A DNA stretch of 37,119 nucleotides from Nemertoderma westbladi (lineage: Eukaryota > Animalia > Xenacoelomorpha), in NCBI GenBank assembly GCA_032718475.1, contig JAUCBJ010004615.1, positions 1-37,119 on the forward strand, in the 5' to 3' direction. Position 1 is the first letter of the stretch; every line of letters starts with the position of its first letter. The position numbers and the translations under genes are program-made. Below are positions 11,804 through 23,135 of this stretch, piece after piece. The notes beneath the pieces were generated by a model that saw only the letters and a program-made list of their open reading frames with translations, did no database searches and was not told the origin of the DNA.

Positions 11804-12479
11804 GTATGTTAGTTAGTATGTTAAAAAGTCAATCTTTTACAAAATTGAGCCCAAAATAGGCGAAACAGTTAATAGAAGTTGATTATTAGTGGGGATTAAA
11901 CTATTTATTCACAATAAATATCACTTTGGTATGAGAGAGAATAGGGAAGAGACCTATAGACTAGACAGACATATCTTCCTCATAAACTTAGTCAAATAAT
12001 ATTTTGATTTTTTTTTTGACTTTTTGAATCAAACTAATCTTCTAGAAATCGTTTTCAGAATAATGTACATAATTGTAGCAATCGGCAATGTCGCCTAAGT
12101 AGGATATAATTGGTGACCTCCACAATGGAAGTCTGACTCTCTAACCACTCCATTAGCAGCTCAGATAACTGGTAGGCATGGAAACACTACTGTACATGAT
12201 GCCTTGTATTTCTGCAATTTCAAACTGTCCATACGAAACCACTAATTTACACAAAAATGCCAATAAGATTTTCGAGTTAGGTTGCAGTAAATACATGTTT
12301 GCTGTAAACAATGGCATACTTTAGTTGAAGCATTTATTGTTTGAAGCATTATTTACTATTTGCATGTGTTATTTCCATTGAAAACAAATTTATTATTTTT
12401 TTGTTATTATTGGAAAGTAGTATTAACCTTTTTATTATTGGATAGTAGTATTAACCTGATAGACTGACGGCCTCAAGGG

Positions 12480-13210
12480 ACCGCTATTCTTAATGAATCC
12501 AAACACTAAACATGGTATAGGCCACCTTATTCCTATGACATGACTGCTTGAGTATGTCCAACCAATTCTTGAAAAGGTCAAGGCCATTCATTACAAATGT
12601 CCCACCTCCTTCCACCATCATATTCATCCCACCCACCCGCGAATTACTAGAACCAATCCATCCCGAGCACACTTCCACTGTGAAGTCTGTGCTGTCTGGA
12701 ACCATACAATGGAGACCAGGCTTGAGAACAGCATGTCCACTTTGGCTTCAGCCACGCGCCTTGTCTACCCGTGGCACAACGCCACAACTAGCCACACTGT
12801 CGATGCATCTGACATGGCAGGCAGTGGTGTCCTTGAGCAATTCCTCAATAGGCCTGGCAACCCGTTGCATCTTTGTCCCATAAACTACGATCCACTGAAT
12901 CCTGATACAGAAATTTTGATCACAAACTCCTTTCTTTGTATCTCGGTATTCGGCACTTCCAATACTTCTTTGAAGGGTGTGACTTCAACATTTACACTGA
13001 CCACAAACCCCTAACCTTCATTCTCCAAAGTGTCTCCAAGCACCCCACCAAACAATGCAAATTCCACGTTTCCCTGAAACACCTAACACAGATGTCAACA
13101 CTCACACATCTAACACAGAAATCACTCCTAAACAATGATAATGTTATCAATTCAATCCATGAACTTCCCCACCCCTCCATCTGGTTCACATGTCGACTCA
13201 TTGATTTGGT
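12480..13210 (+). mobile_element. Degenerate Ty3/Gypsy pol fragment (RNase H and start of integrase)
   Basis: TVDASDMAGSGVLEQ, YLGIRHFQYFFEGCDFNIYTDHKPLTF, IHELPHPSI; frameshifted. Confidence 0.85.
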
Positions 13211-13894
13211 ATTCTCCTCTTCGGTACTGATAATATTGAAATGAAGCGACAGGCGTTAGTCAATGGGGTGATCATTATTAAGTGGTTTGTGGATATAGGG
13301 GCAAGAAGGTATATCGCTGAAAATGAAATACTCGGTGTTAGTTGAATAACGTTTCAGCCTTCCAGCCTACTTCAGACTCTTCAATAATCTATACAAACAA
13401 ATCAATGTATCAAGCAATTATACCAACGATTACATGTACCAGTATATATTATGTTATATCAGGCAAACTGGTAACATAAAGTTGAGTTTACTATCAGACT
13501 ATATAAATATCAATTACACAATATATTTTTACAGCACAACCTAGTGGTGCAGAATTATTTTCACAAAATTTTGCCTGATACTTATGTTGCCCCATCTTTG
13601 ATCTATCATATATAAAAACTTTTATATGATCTAAGATTTAAATTAACGATTAAAGATTTAATTTAATTAATTTAATTAAATTACAGATTTGTCAGATAAT
13701 AAAAAAAAATAATTGATAAGTGCTGAATGATGATCAAGCAATTACTTCGAAATTATAACGAAATTCATTAAAATACTCCTAAATCTAAAAGAGATGATGA
13801 AAGTACAGTACATGTCACTGCAGGAGATAATGCAGTGCAGGTAATGTGGACCATATCTTCCAAAAAATAATAATCCTGTCCCATTTACATGCAG

Positions 13895-14066
13895 GTTTAT
13901 GATGGATCGTCCACCAATGATAATCAACATGTTGTCTGGTCCAATGGAGTTAAAAAACGAAATATGGGGAGTGGTGGATTGTATAGGACATTGAGTGGCA
14001 ATGAAGTTACATTATTATTTCAAAATGGTCATGTTGGCGGCGGAAACTGGCAGATAAACTACACTC
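13895..14066 (+). CDS. CUB-domain protein, exon 6 (CUB3 C-half)
   Basis: catgcag/gtaagt; 172 nt, phase 0->1; VYDGSSTNDNQHVVWSNGVKKRNMGSGGLYRTLSGNEVTLLFQNGHVGGGNWQINYT. Confidence 0.9.
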
Positions 14067-14762
14067 GTAAGTTGGGAATCATATTATATGATGAAGAACT
14101 GCCATAGTATGTATTAGTCTGCCATCAGGCTGACGATAAAATCTCTGATGTATTTTTGTTATTTATAGAGCAGCTTATAATTGCACCCGATAAATTTTAA
14201 TTAGTTAAACTTATCGTAAAAAGATTAGTGCTATGTGTATATCAGGGGTAACTAAGACAATCAATCCTCTATGCAATGTATTATGTAATCAATTATTTTT
14301 AATGAGGCAGGAAAACTATAATGATAGACAACCTGTACAGTACAAGGAATGGTGATGAATATAATCGTATGAGACATACATGTATGTATAATGTATATTA
14401 TATGTATGTATATATAAAAAGTCAATGAGTCAAAGGTCAATGATTTTATACTCTATGTACATAAATATATATATGGTTTGGTCAGGTCAGGCAGATGTAT
14501 ATGGATTCCCTTCATGTAGTTTCACTTCATATGGTAATCAATCATATTCAACTCAGTTTCAAAACATGTACAATAAAGCTAATTATAATTAGTATAATAA
14601 CACAAGTAGATAGATACCATATAATGCGTCTCTCAACAACACCATGAGCTTCGGCATAGATATTAACAAAATTAAATAATATATTGAACAATTATGTGCT
14701 AGTAAAGTAAGTATTGAAGATTATTTGTAATTTCCTTTACAATTTTAGCCCACACATGTTCG

Positions 14763-15308
14763 TTCAGTATAGTTCAGTTCAGTATAGTCAGTATAGTTCA
14801 GTTCAGTATAGTCAGTATAGTTCAGTTCAGTATAGTCAGTATAGTTCAGTTCAGTATAGTCAGTATAGTTCAGTTCAGTATAGTCAGTATAGTTCAGTTC
14901 AGTATAGTCAGTATAGTTCAGTTCAGTATAGTCAGTATAGTTCAGTTCAGTATAGTCAGTATAGTCAGTTCAGTATAGTCAGTATAGTTCAGTTCAGTAT
15001 AGTCAGTATAGTTCAGTTCAGTATAGTCAGTATAGTTCAGTTCAGTATAGTCAGTATAGTTCAGTTCAGTATAGTCAGTATAGTTCAGTTCAGTATAGTC
15101 AGTATAGTTCAGTTCAGTATAGTCAGTATAGTTCAGTTCAGTATAGTCAGTATAGTTCAGTTCAGTATAGTCAGTATAGTTCAGTTCAGTATAGTCAGTA
15201 TAGTTCAGTTCAGTATAGTCAGTATAGTTCAGTTCAGTATAGTCAGTATAGTTCAGTTCAGTATAGTCAGTATAGTTCAGTTCAGTATAGTCAGTATAGT
15301 TCAGTTCA
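14763..15308. repeat. 24-bp minisatellite (TTCAGTTCAGTATAGTCAGTATAG)n, ~22 copies
   Basis: Nearly perfect tandem copies with one short deletion near 14960. Confidence 0.97.
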
Positions 15309-15415
15309 TTATAGATAAATTGTATTTTTGATAGATTTCTATAGGTTTTATACAGACTATGTGCATCCATTTTCCACACTTAAACTATGTAATGTAAACT
15401 TATTTAATTCAACAG

Positions 15416-15582
15416 CGTGTAACAATGCCGATTTCACTACAAAATCAGGAGTTATCGTTTCCCCAAACTCACCAAATCCATATTATAACAACAGTGATTG
15501 CCAATACCGAATAATGGGACTAGCAGGAAGAATTCGAGTCACTCCAACAATGTTTGATACGGGAACAGGAGATAAGTTAATT
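15416..15582 (+). CDS. CUB-domain protein, exon 7 (CUB4 N-half)
   Basis: tcaacag/gttagt; 167 nt, phase 1->0; PCNNADFTTKSGVIVSPNSPNPYYNNSDCQYRIMGLAGRIRVTPTMFDTGTGDKLI. Confidence 0.9.
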
Positions 15583-16340
15583 GTTAGTAAATACTTGTGA
15601 GTTATAATGATACTAAGTAAATACTACTTTAAGAATTATTGCTTGCATTATTAAGAATCACACATTTCTTTGGCAAAATCCTTTAAAATCCTCTAATGTG
15701 TGCACTGACTCCTTCCACACGAAACCATCAGCCAAAGGCTGATTCATCTACAACTATAAATATGAATAACTAGTTTCGGTTAGGATTAGTAGGCCAAACC
15801 AGGCCATTGTATATGCGGGTCCGTGTTCTGAAGTGGAGTACCACTACAACTTCATCAAATTTTGAAAATCCATGCAATGGATCAATTGGTTGTATCATTT
15901 TCCTTCTTGTGTTATATGGCTTGTGGAGGTTCTGAATCCGATGGAATCAGACATCTCAATCTCCATTTTTCAAAATATTCGAAATTTCAAAATTTACGCC
16001 AAAATAAGGCGACCTGCAATGAGCTACAACAATTGAAATGTATTCCATTAGAATCTGCACCACAGTCGCTTAAGAAAATTTAATATTTTAGGTTCAAACT
16101 GAAAAGTCATGATTATTTATTTTTCATAATAATGCCAAACTACCTTACTTTTAGTATGGGGTCAATATGACCACACCCTTCACTGGTATTTATGCTACAT
16201 TTTACAGCCCAGTATTAATACAGTTAATACATGGTCTAGATATTATGTACTAATATCCAAGTCAACAAGTACAATAATACTTACTACACAAATTCGTACA
16301 ATTGAAAGATAAAATTTTTTTATTTTATATCTATTTGCAG

Positions 16341-16497
16341 ATTTATGATGGACCCGACTCGTCATACCCGATCCTAGCAACTTGGGAAGGATCAGGTGTA
16401 TCAACCCCGGTTGAGTCCAGTTCTGGTGATCTAACTCTGGTATTTCAGGCGGGTCAGAATGAAAACGATAACTCTGGTTTCTCCCTTGACTATAAAT
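16341..16497 (+). CDS. CUB-domain protein, exon 8 (CUB4 C-half)
   Basis: tttgcag/gtatgt; 157 nt, phase 0->1; IYDGPDSSYPILATWEGSGVSTPVESSSGDLTLVFQAGQNENDNSGFSLDYK. Confidence 0.92.
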
Positions 16498-16679
16498 GTA
16501 TGTATTTGATTTTTTTGTAAACAGATTCTTGACCAGGTATCATAATGACAATGAGTTTGGTGTTTTTAGAGACCAAAAAATAATTTAATTTGAATAATCA
16601 GTATATTTCAGGCAACCGCCATTTATGAACTGAATCCAATGCTATGTGCATTCGTGCAAAAGAGCTAATTACCCCCACC

Positions 16680-16934
16680 CCCAAATTCTGGATTCAGGTG
16701 GTGTATTAATACGTTTTCGCCAATCTTCCTATCAGGCCAATCCTTGCACCACAGAGTACATTGATAGTAAATGGTGGTTATGTTCCAATGTAATATAGTG
16801 CATATCCTAATAGGCTTGTGTGTTTCACCTGTGTGGGTGTATTTGCATGTGTTACAAGTGATTTGATAGATTACATTCTTTTTTGTGCAGTTGTATACGC
16901 CATTGGAACATGTGTAGCAGTTTGTATTCGGTAG
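16680..16934 (-). mobile_element. Penelope-like element relic, GIY-YIG endonuclease fragment
   Basis: CYTC...NCTKKNVIYQITCNTCKYTHTGETHKPI...RKIGENVLIHHLNP matches the PLE C...NVIY...C..C...YIGET...E...I....P pattern. Confidence 0.75.
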
Positions 16935-17136
16935 AATTGCACCGCCACAACTCCCTATCACCCATGACATTTGCTAGATCATCCGCATCTTTAAGGCCAG
17001 TGTCCTTTAAGATGCGTCTCAAGAATGTCATGGGCTGTCCACCATGCTTATTCACTCCATGAGGCTGCCAAAGTACAAGATTATGCACTGGCTGGTCCTC
17101 ATGGCGAAAGCAATGTCCTGCAAAGCGGAGGCGATT
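16935..17136 (-). mobile_element. RTE-group LINE internal fragment (copy 2)
   Basis: 202 bp matching 3492-3693, with 3 substitutions seen by eye. Confidence 0.92.
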
Positions 17137-18278
17137 ATATTATAGGGGATTAAGGCAGTATCTATTTTTATTTCATCTAATGTTTCCATGAGCGTTGTTC
17201 CAACGTCTTTCCAAGCGACAAACATGTTAGGGTAAACGTAGTAGTGCCTGATGTGGGAGGGATTCTGGTGAAGTCTGATGTGTGGGTGAGAGGTGGGTGA
17301 GGAGGGTAGGCCTAAAACTAATTTGCTGTAGTAACATACATGCGAACAAGCAACAAAGAGAGAAATAATGTAATTAAAGAACATAATAGCTAAGGTGGGG
17401 ATGATTATAATATAACAAATGTGATTTAAGGTCTACAACCACTGACAGGGGTATCAAAAAAGAACGGGTATTATTGCAGCGAACTTTCTGCCTCACCTAG
17501 AGGCCTTCCTCAGGCTTTATTAAACAGTTCACAGTAATAATAAGTACCGCAATACAGGTACCGGTACCGCCATAACAGTGACACAGGCGCCTTGCGCAAC
17601 AAAAGACATACTGAAACTCTTCACCACCAGATTTTTTTGGTTAAACGATAAGAATGAGTAATGGAAGCACAATAATAAAAGTGTAAGGTACAAAACAAAA
17701 ATTAGACAAGAATAAGGTAAAGAAAAAATAAGGATAAAGACAGATATAACACCAAAAAAGAAAAACACTTGCAGAAAGCCCGCTGTAATGTAATAATACC
17801 ATTTCTTTTTTTGTTACCTCTATAATTGTGGTTGTATCGTTTAATTTATTGTTTCGGATGCATTATTTCTCACTTCCCTTTTAAGCCCTGGTTCATTAGT
17901 GCATTATGGTTCTCCTGATCGCATGTCAGGTGGAATCACCTGAAGGAGGAATCCTCCCATGTGGGGAAGAGTCTCAAGGAGTTGAATTCATGTTTTCACT
18001 TCAAAGAAAATCAGTGATATTTTCATTGGTTACTCTGGGATCTAAGCGCCCAATATGAATGTGAGCTTTCTGCTGTCTTCCCAATTGAGCACCTTGAGAC
18101 TTGGCGACCTGCAGCAGCACACCTATTCATGTCCCATGCGATGAAGTTGTTATTCCACCTCGCAGAATATGGTTGTTACCTGAATAGTTGCTACTTCGTA
18201 TGTCCCATTTGTGTAACTCGGTGGTACCAGTTTCTGTTGCGCATGCATTTCCTTGCCCAATCAGATTTTGGCACTTTG

Positions 18279-18668
18279 GGTGTCTCATTGGTTCCCCCAA
18301 GCTTGACACTAAAACAAAGCCGCCTCCGCTTTGTAGGACATTGCTTTCGCCGTGAGGACCAGCCAGTGCGTAATCTTGTGCTTTGGAAGCCTCATGGAGT
18401 GAATAAGCATGGTGGACAGCCCATGACTTTCGTGAGACGCATCTTAAAGGACACTGACCTTGAAGATGTGGATAATCATGCGAAAGTCATGAGGGTTAGT
18501 GAGTTGTGGTGGTGCAACCTTGTTGATAAACCGGCATAGCATTCTTAATGCAAGCTGCATTGGGCTTGCCAATTGTGGATTGCATGGTTTTGACAAAATG
18601 TTTTTGATAAGCTGGCATAGCATCTCAATTTGCAGTTTCAATACAGCAGGCCGAGTATAGTAGTAGTA
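18279..18668 (+). mobile_element. RTE-group LINE 3' end (copy 3)
   Basis: GVSLVPPSLTLKQSRLRFVGHCFRREDQPV...; ends in a TAGTAGTAGTA tail. Confidence 0.9.
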
Positions 18669-18698
18669 TGAATGTTGTTCTCATTGTCATTGTTGAAT

Positions 18699-18773
18699 GC
18701 TAATCAGTCAGTCAATCAGTCAGTCAGCTAATCAGTCAGTCAATCAGTCAGTCAGCTAATCAGTCAGTCAATC
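18699..18773. repeat. (CAGT)-based compound microsatellite, 28-bp period
   Basis: GCTAATCAGTCAGTCAATCAGTCAGTCA repeated ~2.7 times. Confidence 0.85.
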
Positions 18774-18955
18774 TTTGATGAAATGAAACCAAACTAGGTA
18801 TACATAAGTCTATAAAAAGTTTAGAAACACAGACAGACTTCTATAGTTCATATGTCCATCATTAGGAGGCGAATGACAACATCCACTAATTGTACCTCTA
18901 AGCAAAGGCTTATCTGGACTTACATGGTGCGTGAAGGCCCTACAAATGTTTTCTT

Positions 18956-19595
18956 CGGTGTACGGAGAATTCCGACATGGACAATTCCGACCTGGACAAT
19001 TCCGACAAGGACAATTCCGACACGGACAATTCCAACCTGGACAATTCCGACCCGGACAATTCCAACCCATTCAGAGAACGAATGAAATTTTCATGGGTCG
19101 GATTGTCCGGATCCAGCATTGGACAATTCTGACCCAAATAATTTAAAAATTATAATACTTATAAATAATAATTTTATTCAACATTACATTGTGTTATTAT
19201 TAAACATAAGATTACTGTGTCCATGGATATTCTTCGTTCGAGACACATTTACTATGTAATTTTATAGATGTATAATTTCGAATTGAGTGTATTCGGTACT
19301 AGTGTGTTTTGGGCACAACTCTACCAAATTTTTATAATACTAGTTAGTTTTTGCTAATTATTTTAAATGTTATAAAAAATAAGCTACATGTATCAATTAT
19401 TAAGAAAAATATTAGTGTTGAAGAACATATATTTTTGTTATTGTTTACTGGTAATTTCTATTAATTATTTTTATTTATTTGGATCCGGACAATTCCGACC
19501 CGGACAATTCCGACCGATGCAAATTTAATAATATCTTTGAATGGATCAGAATTGTCCAGGTCGGAATTGTCCGGGTCGGAATTGTCCTAACTTCG
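18956..19595. mobile_element. Foldback/MITE-like element with 15-bp subterminal repeats (GGACAATTCCGACCY)
   Basis: ~7 direct copies at 18963-19068, further copies at ~19095-19135 and 19487-19516, and 3 inverted copies (GGTCGGAATTGTCC) at 19545-19587. Confidence 0.75.
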
Positions 19596-19784
19596 TTTCT
19601 TCTCTGTCGGATTTAGTACATATATTTCGGTTGTTTGTAGGAGGTGGTGTTGGGGGTACTGAATTAAATAGATATTCTAACTATTTATTATAATTCTAAG
19701 TTTGAATACGTATCTCTATCTAACCAATATAATTAAAAGTATTTCTTCTAATAACATGTATAATTAATTATGTACATTTTACAG

Positions 19785-19951
19785 TGTTTGAGGAAATGGT
19801 GTTCAAAATTGTAGCTGGATCAGGGGAGGCAAACAGTCATGGAATATGGCTTGGAAGTGGAACATTGGGCACTATTAATGATGCAAACCTCAATACTTTC
19901 GGGAATTATAAGTCGCCTAACGCAAACGAACCATGGACAGAAGTTAATAAG
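19785..19951 (+). CDS. CUB-domain protein, exon 9 (start of uncharacterised C-terminal domain)
   Basis: tttacag/gttagt; 167 nt, phase 1->0, in frame with exon 8; LFEEMVFKIVAGSGEANSHGIWLGSGTLGTINDANLNTFGNYKSPNANEPWTEVNK. Confidence 0.85.
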
Positions 19952-20596
19952 GTTAGTTTGATGTTCGACGTAAAGAATAAATTAATACGGTATGCGCAGG
20001 AACAAGTATGAACCACACAGTAGTATATGTCTAAATTATTACAGCAAAATATATTTTTAAACATCACTCCAATAATGACTCCAATTATATCTTCAATATC
20101 AAGATTGCTGATATTGTCATAAACATCATGCTAATAAACCTGTAAAAGTCTTTTCTGGAAGTTTGGTCAGAGCAAAACTTATCCATGATAGAGATGAGTG
20201 TGCCCATAAAAAAAGGTCGGAATAATATTATACAGCGACCAATAAGTTTGCAATATGCACTTGAACTCCAATCATAAAAGGCAGTGGGATTAACATTATA
20301 AAAATCACAGGGGAAAGTAGAGAGGTTTGTATGTTTTTGTATAATAACAAATATGTTAACAAAAGTGCTACATGAATTCACAATATGTCGATGTATTTAT
20401 TTTGTATCTTTTAGTTTCGGATTCATTTAATATATTACTTATTATTCAGAAACAACAAACAAACAACCCAATTAAGGGTATTGTTGAAAATTGCAATATT
20501 AACACTTCACCAGAAATAGCTGTACACCATTTACAAAATTGATAATAATGCATAATCAACTCATTTTGGAAACTCTTATAAAAAAAAATATATATA

Positions 20597-22605
20597 GGCT
20601 CATTCCATGAAAAGGTCAACCTCCCCACTAATTTATAAAAATGAGATGTAGCTTTGAATTTATACTTATTTTAGGTCAAAATATATCGTACTTCATGAAT
20701 TCAGTGCTAAAAATTGTATCAACACAGGTGGTTTATCAAAAATAGTCGAATTACAAATTATGCACCTGCTCTGCACAAAATGTGAATAAAAGTGTGCAAA
20801 AGTTTCGTTTCCTGTAGGCACTTCCTATGACCAATAAATTAACATTTCTGAGCATGTACCAAATCAAAAACAAACCCATTTTCGAATTTTTTTGGTTTTA
20901 TTTAATTTCACCAGTGTTTCGTTCCTCTGTAATGAAATCGATAAAGTTAATCTTGTGATGTCCCATACTTTACCTAAAATAGTGAAATTTTTAGTTTATT
21001 CACAGAGATGTAACTCAGCCTAATCACCCAGTGGAATGCAAAGCACGTTTGTGTTGCGTCATCGTAAAAAACAATTAGTTTCATCTTCACTCCCTCAGAA
21101 ATATCATGGCGGCCAATTGAAAATTGTCCCATACTTTACCATCAAAATGGCGATTATATTAGTGCACTGTATTAATGTAAAATGTGAAGCCATGAGTGTT
21201 ATAATACTCTAAGGTCATAGTCGGCCGTAAGAATAGGAGTCTATATTTGAACTGAGAATCATTCCTCAGTCAAGAAATCCTTGGGTTTATGCATGTAAAG
21301 TCCCATACTTTACCAAAAAATAGTGAAATTTTTAATTTATACACAGAGAAGTAGTCTAACTCAGCCAAATCACCCAGTGGAATGCAAAGCACGTTTGTGT
21401 TGCGTCATCTTAAGAAACAATTACCTGTAGTTTCATAATCTACTCCCTCAGAAACATCATAACGGCCAATTGAAAATTGTCCCATACTTTACCATTATAA
21501 TGGCGATTACATTAGTGCACTGTATTAATGTAATATATGAAACCTGGAGGGCAGGAGTGTTATAATGCTTTAGGGTGATAGTAGGGGGAAGCATAGAAGT
21601 ATGTATTTGAACTAAGAATCATTCCTCAGTTAACTAATCTTTGAGTTTATGCATGTAAAGTCCCGTACTTTACAACAAATTTCAAAAAATTTAGTTTTTT
21701 AGCAGATAAGAAGATCGGTAAGTACAGTAATTGATACATTTTCAGAAAAATGGAAAGAAATTCTAAACTTTTTACAGACTACATACCAAGTTTGGTTATA
21801 TTTCATCAATGATTGGCGGACTTATTTCGGTTTTTATCAAAATTTTGAAACTATCGGTACCAACAGACAGACTGTCTGATATGTGACCTTTGATTCCTTA
21901 AACTTCAGATTCTTTCCAAACTTTTGACAGACTTCATACGTACCAGGTTTGGTTTAATTTCATCTAAAAATGACCGAGATATACAGTATTAGCGATCAAA
22001 AATTAGACAGATGACATACAACTCCTAAGGGCACCCATATGCTAAGACTTCGGGTCAATTTGTGGGCCGCCCCACATTTTGTATCCATATCTTGGTTGGA
22101 AATACTTAGTTGCACTTTATTATCACTAATTATCCAGAAATTACTGTTAGGTTAAGTGTAAGAGACCATTTTGACCATAAAATTCGTACAGGTCCCGTAC
22201 TTTACTTAGCAATGTCCCATACTTTACCACACAAACCACACTGTAAAAAATTAGCAATGCAGCAATTCGTCTTATATTTATATTTTTATTTAAGCTAAAT
22301 AATACAGCTTTATCCTAAACATCAACTCAACACCGTACCCGCGCACAATTCGCTAAACTTTAGAATTGAAATCATAAATTAAAAAATACCATTTCGTACG
22401 AATCCGTACTTTACCTTAATTGGACAAGCTGGCGTTTTCTCAAAAGTGACTAAGTCCCGCCATAAGCTTCGCGAAATCAAAGCTGATATTCGAAAGTTTA
22501 ATCCAAGCACAATTTTGAGCACATATGTGCTGTGGATAACATTGTACAGGCAATCAAAGTTCAAAATTGTGTACGAATGTCCCGTACTTTACTTTGGAAT
22601 GAGCC
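20597..22605. mobile_element. ~2.0-kb non-autonomous TIR DNA transposon with internal tandem duplication
   Basis: TIRs GGCTCATTCCA (20597-20607) and TGGAATGAGCC (22595-22605), both flanked by TATA; ~9 copies of GTCCCRTACTTTAC; ~340-360-bp duplication at 20960-21299 and 21300-21659. Confidence 0.75.
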
Positions 22606-22667
22606 TATATAGTATATGAACCAGCGCCATTTTAGCGTTACAGGAAATTTAACCAATACCAAATCAA

Positions 22668-22766
22668 ATCAGTTACTAGAGAGGTTGTGGCACTTACACC
22701 ATCAGTTACTAGAGAGGTTGTGGCACTTACACCATCAGTTACTAGAGAGGTTGTGGCACTTACACC
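22668..22766. repeat. 33-bp tandem repeat, 3 copies
   Basis: ATCAGTTACTAGAGAGGTTGTGGCACTTACACC x3. Confidence 0.95.
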
Positions 22767-22788
22767 ATTTATTAATCACGATCTTAGT

Positions 22789-23135
22789 TTACCTATAATC
22801 GCAAATATTTTGCAAATAATTTTCTTGCCATTCTCGGGCTTTCAACACGAAAAAAGTAGCAAGATTTTTTACTATGAGAGAGGCTGTAGAAGAAAATAGC
22901 TGATTAAAAGAATAGCTATTTGGGTGTTCAATAAATCTCTGTTGTAAAAATTCATACCGTAACTGTCTGTATCGTGGACAAATTAGAGTAAAGTGGAACT
23001 CCTCTTCCACAACATTCATATCACACACGGAACATAGTCGTTGGGTGGCATCCACACCATACCACCAACCAGTTTCAACAAACAGTCTATGAGAGGATCA
23101 CCAAAACTTAGATAGAGCTACTTGTAGTTTCGGAC
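22789..23135 (-). mobile_element. Non-LTR retrotransposon 3' end (C-terminal CCHC zinc-binding region)
   Basis: SSHRLFVETGWW....QRLCSVCDMNVVEEEFHFTLICPRYRQLR, the typical LINE ORF2 C-terminal signature. Confidence 0.82.

Noticed and set aside
14714-15379. QYSSVQYS and ELNYTDYT repeat ORFs
   Set aside because: Translations of a 24-bp intronic minisatellite
17990-18110. Minus-strand HIHIGRLDPRVTNENITDFL, similar to a LINE ORF1 RRM
   Set aside because: Single short motif with stops; insufficient to call
18810-19146. Cys-rich RNCPG ORF (metallothionein-like) and GQFRP ORF (neuropeptide-like)
   Set aside because: Translations of the 15-bp subterminal repeats of a MITE, which also occur inverted
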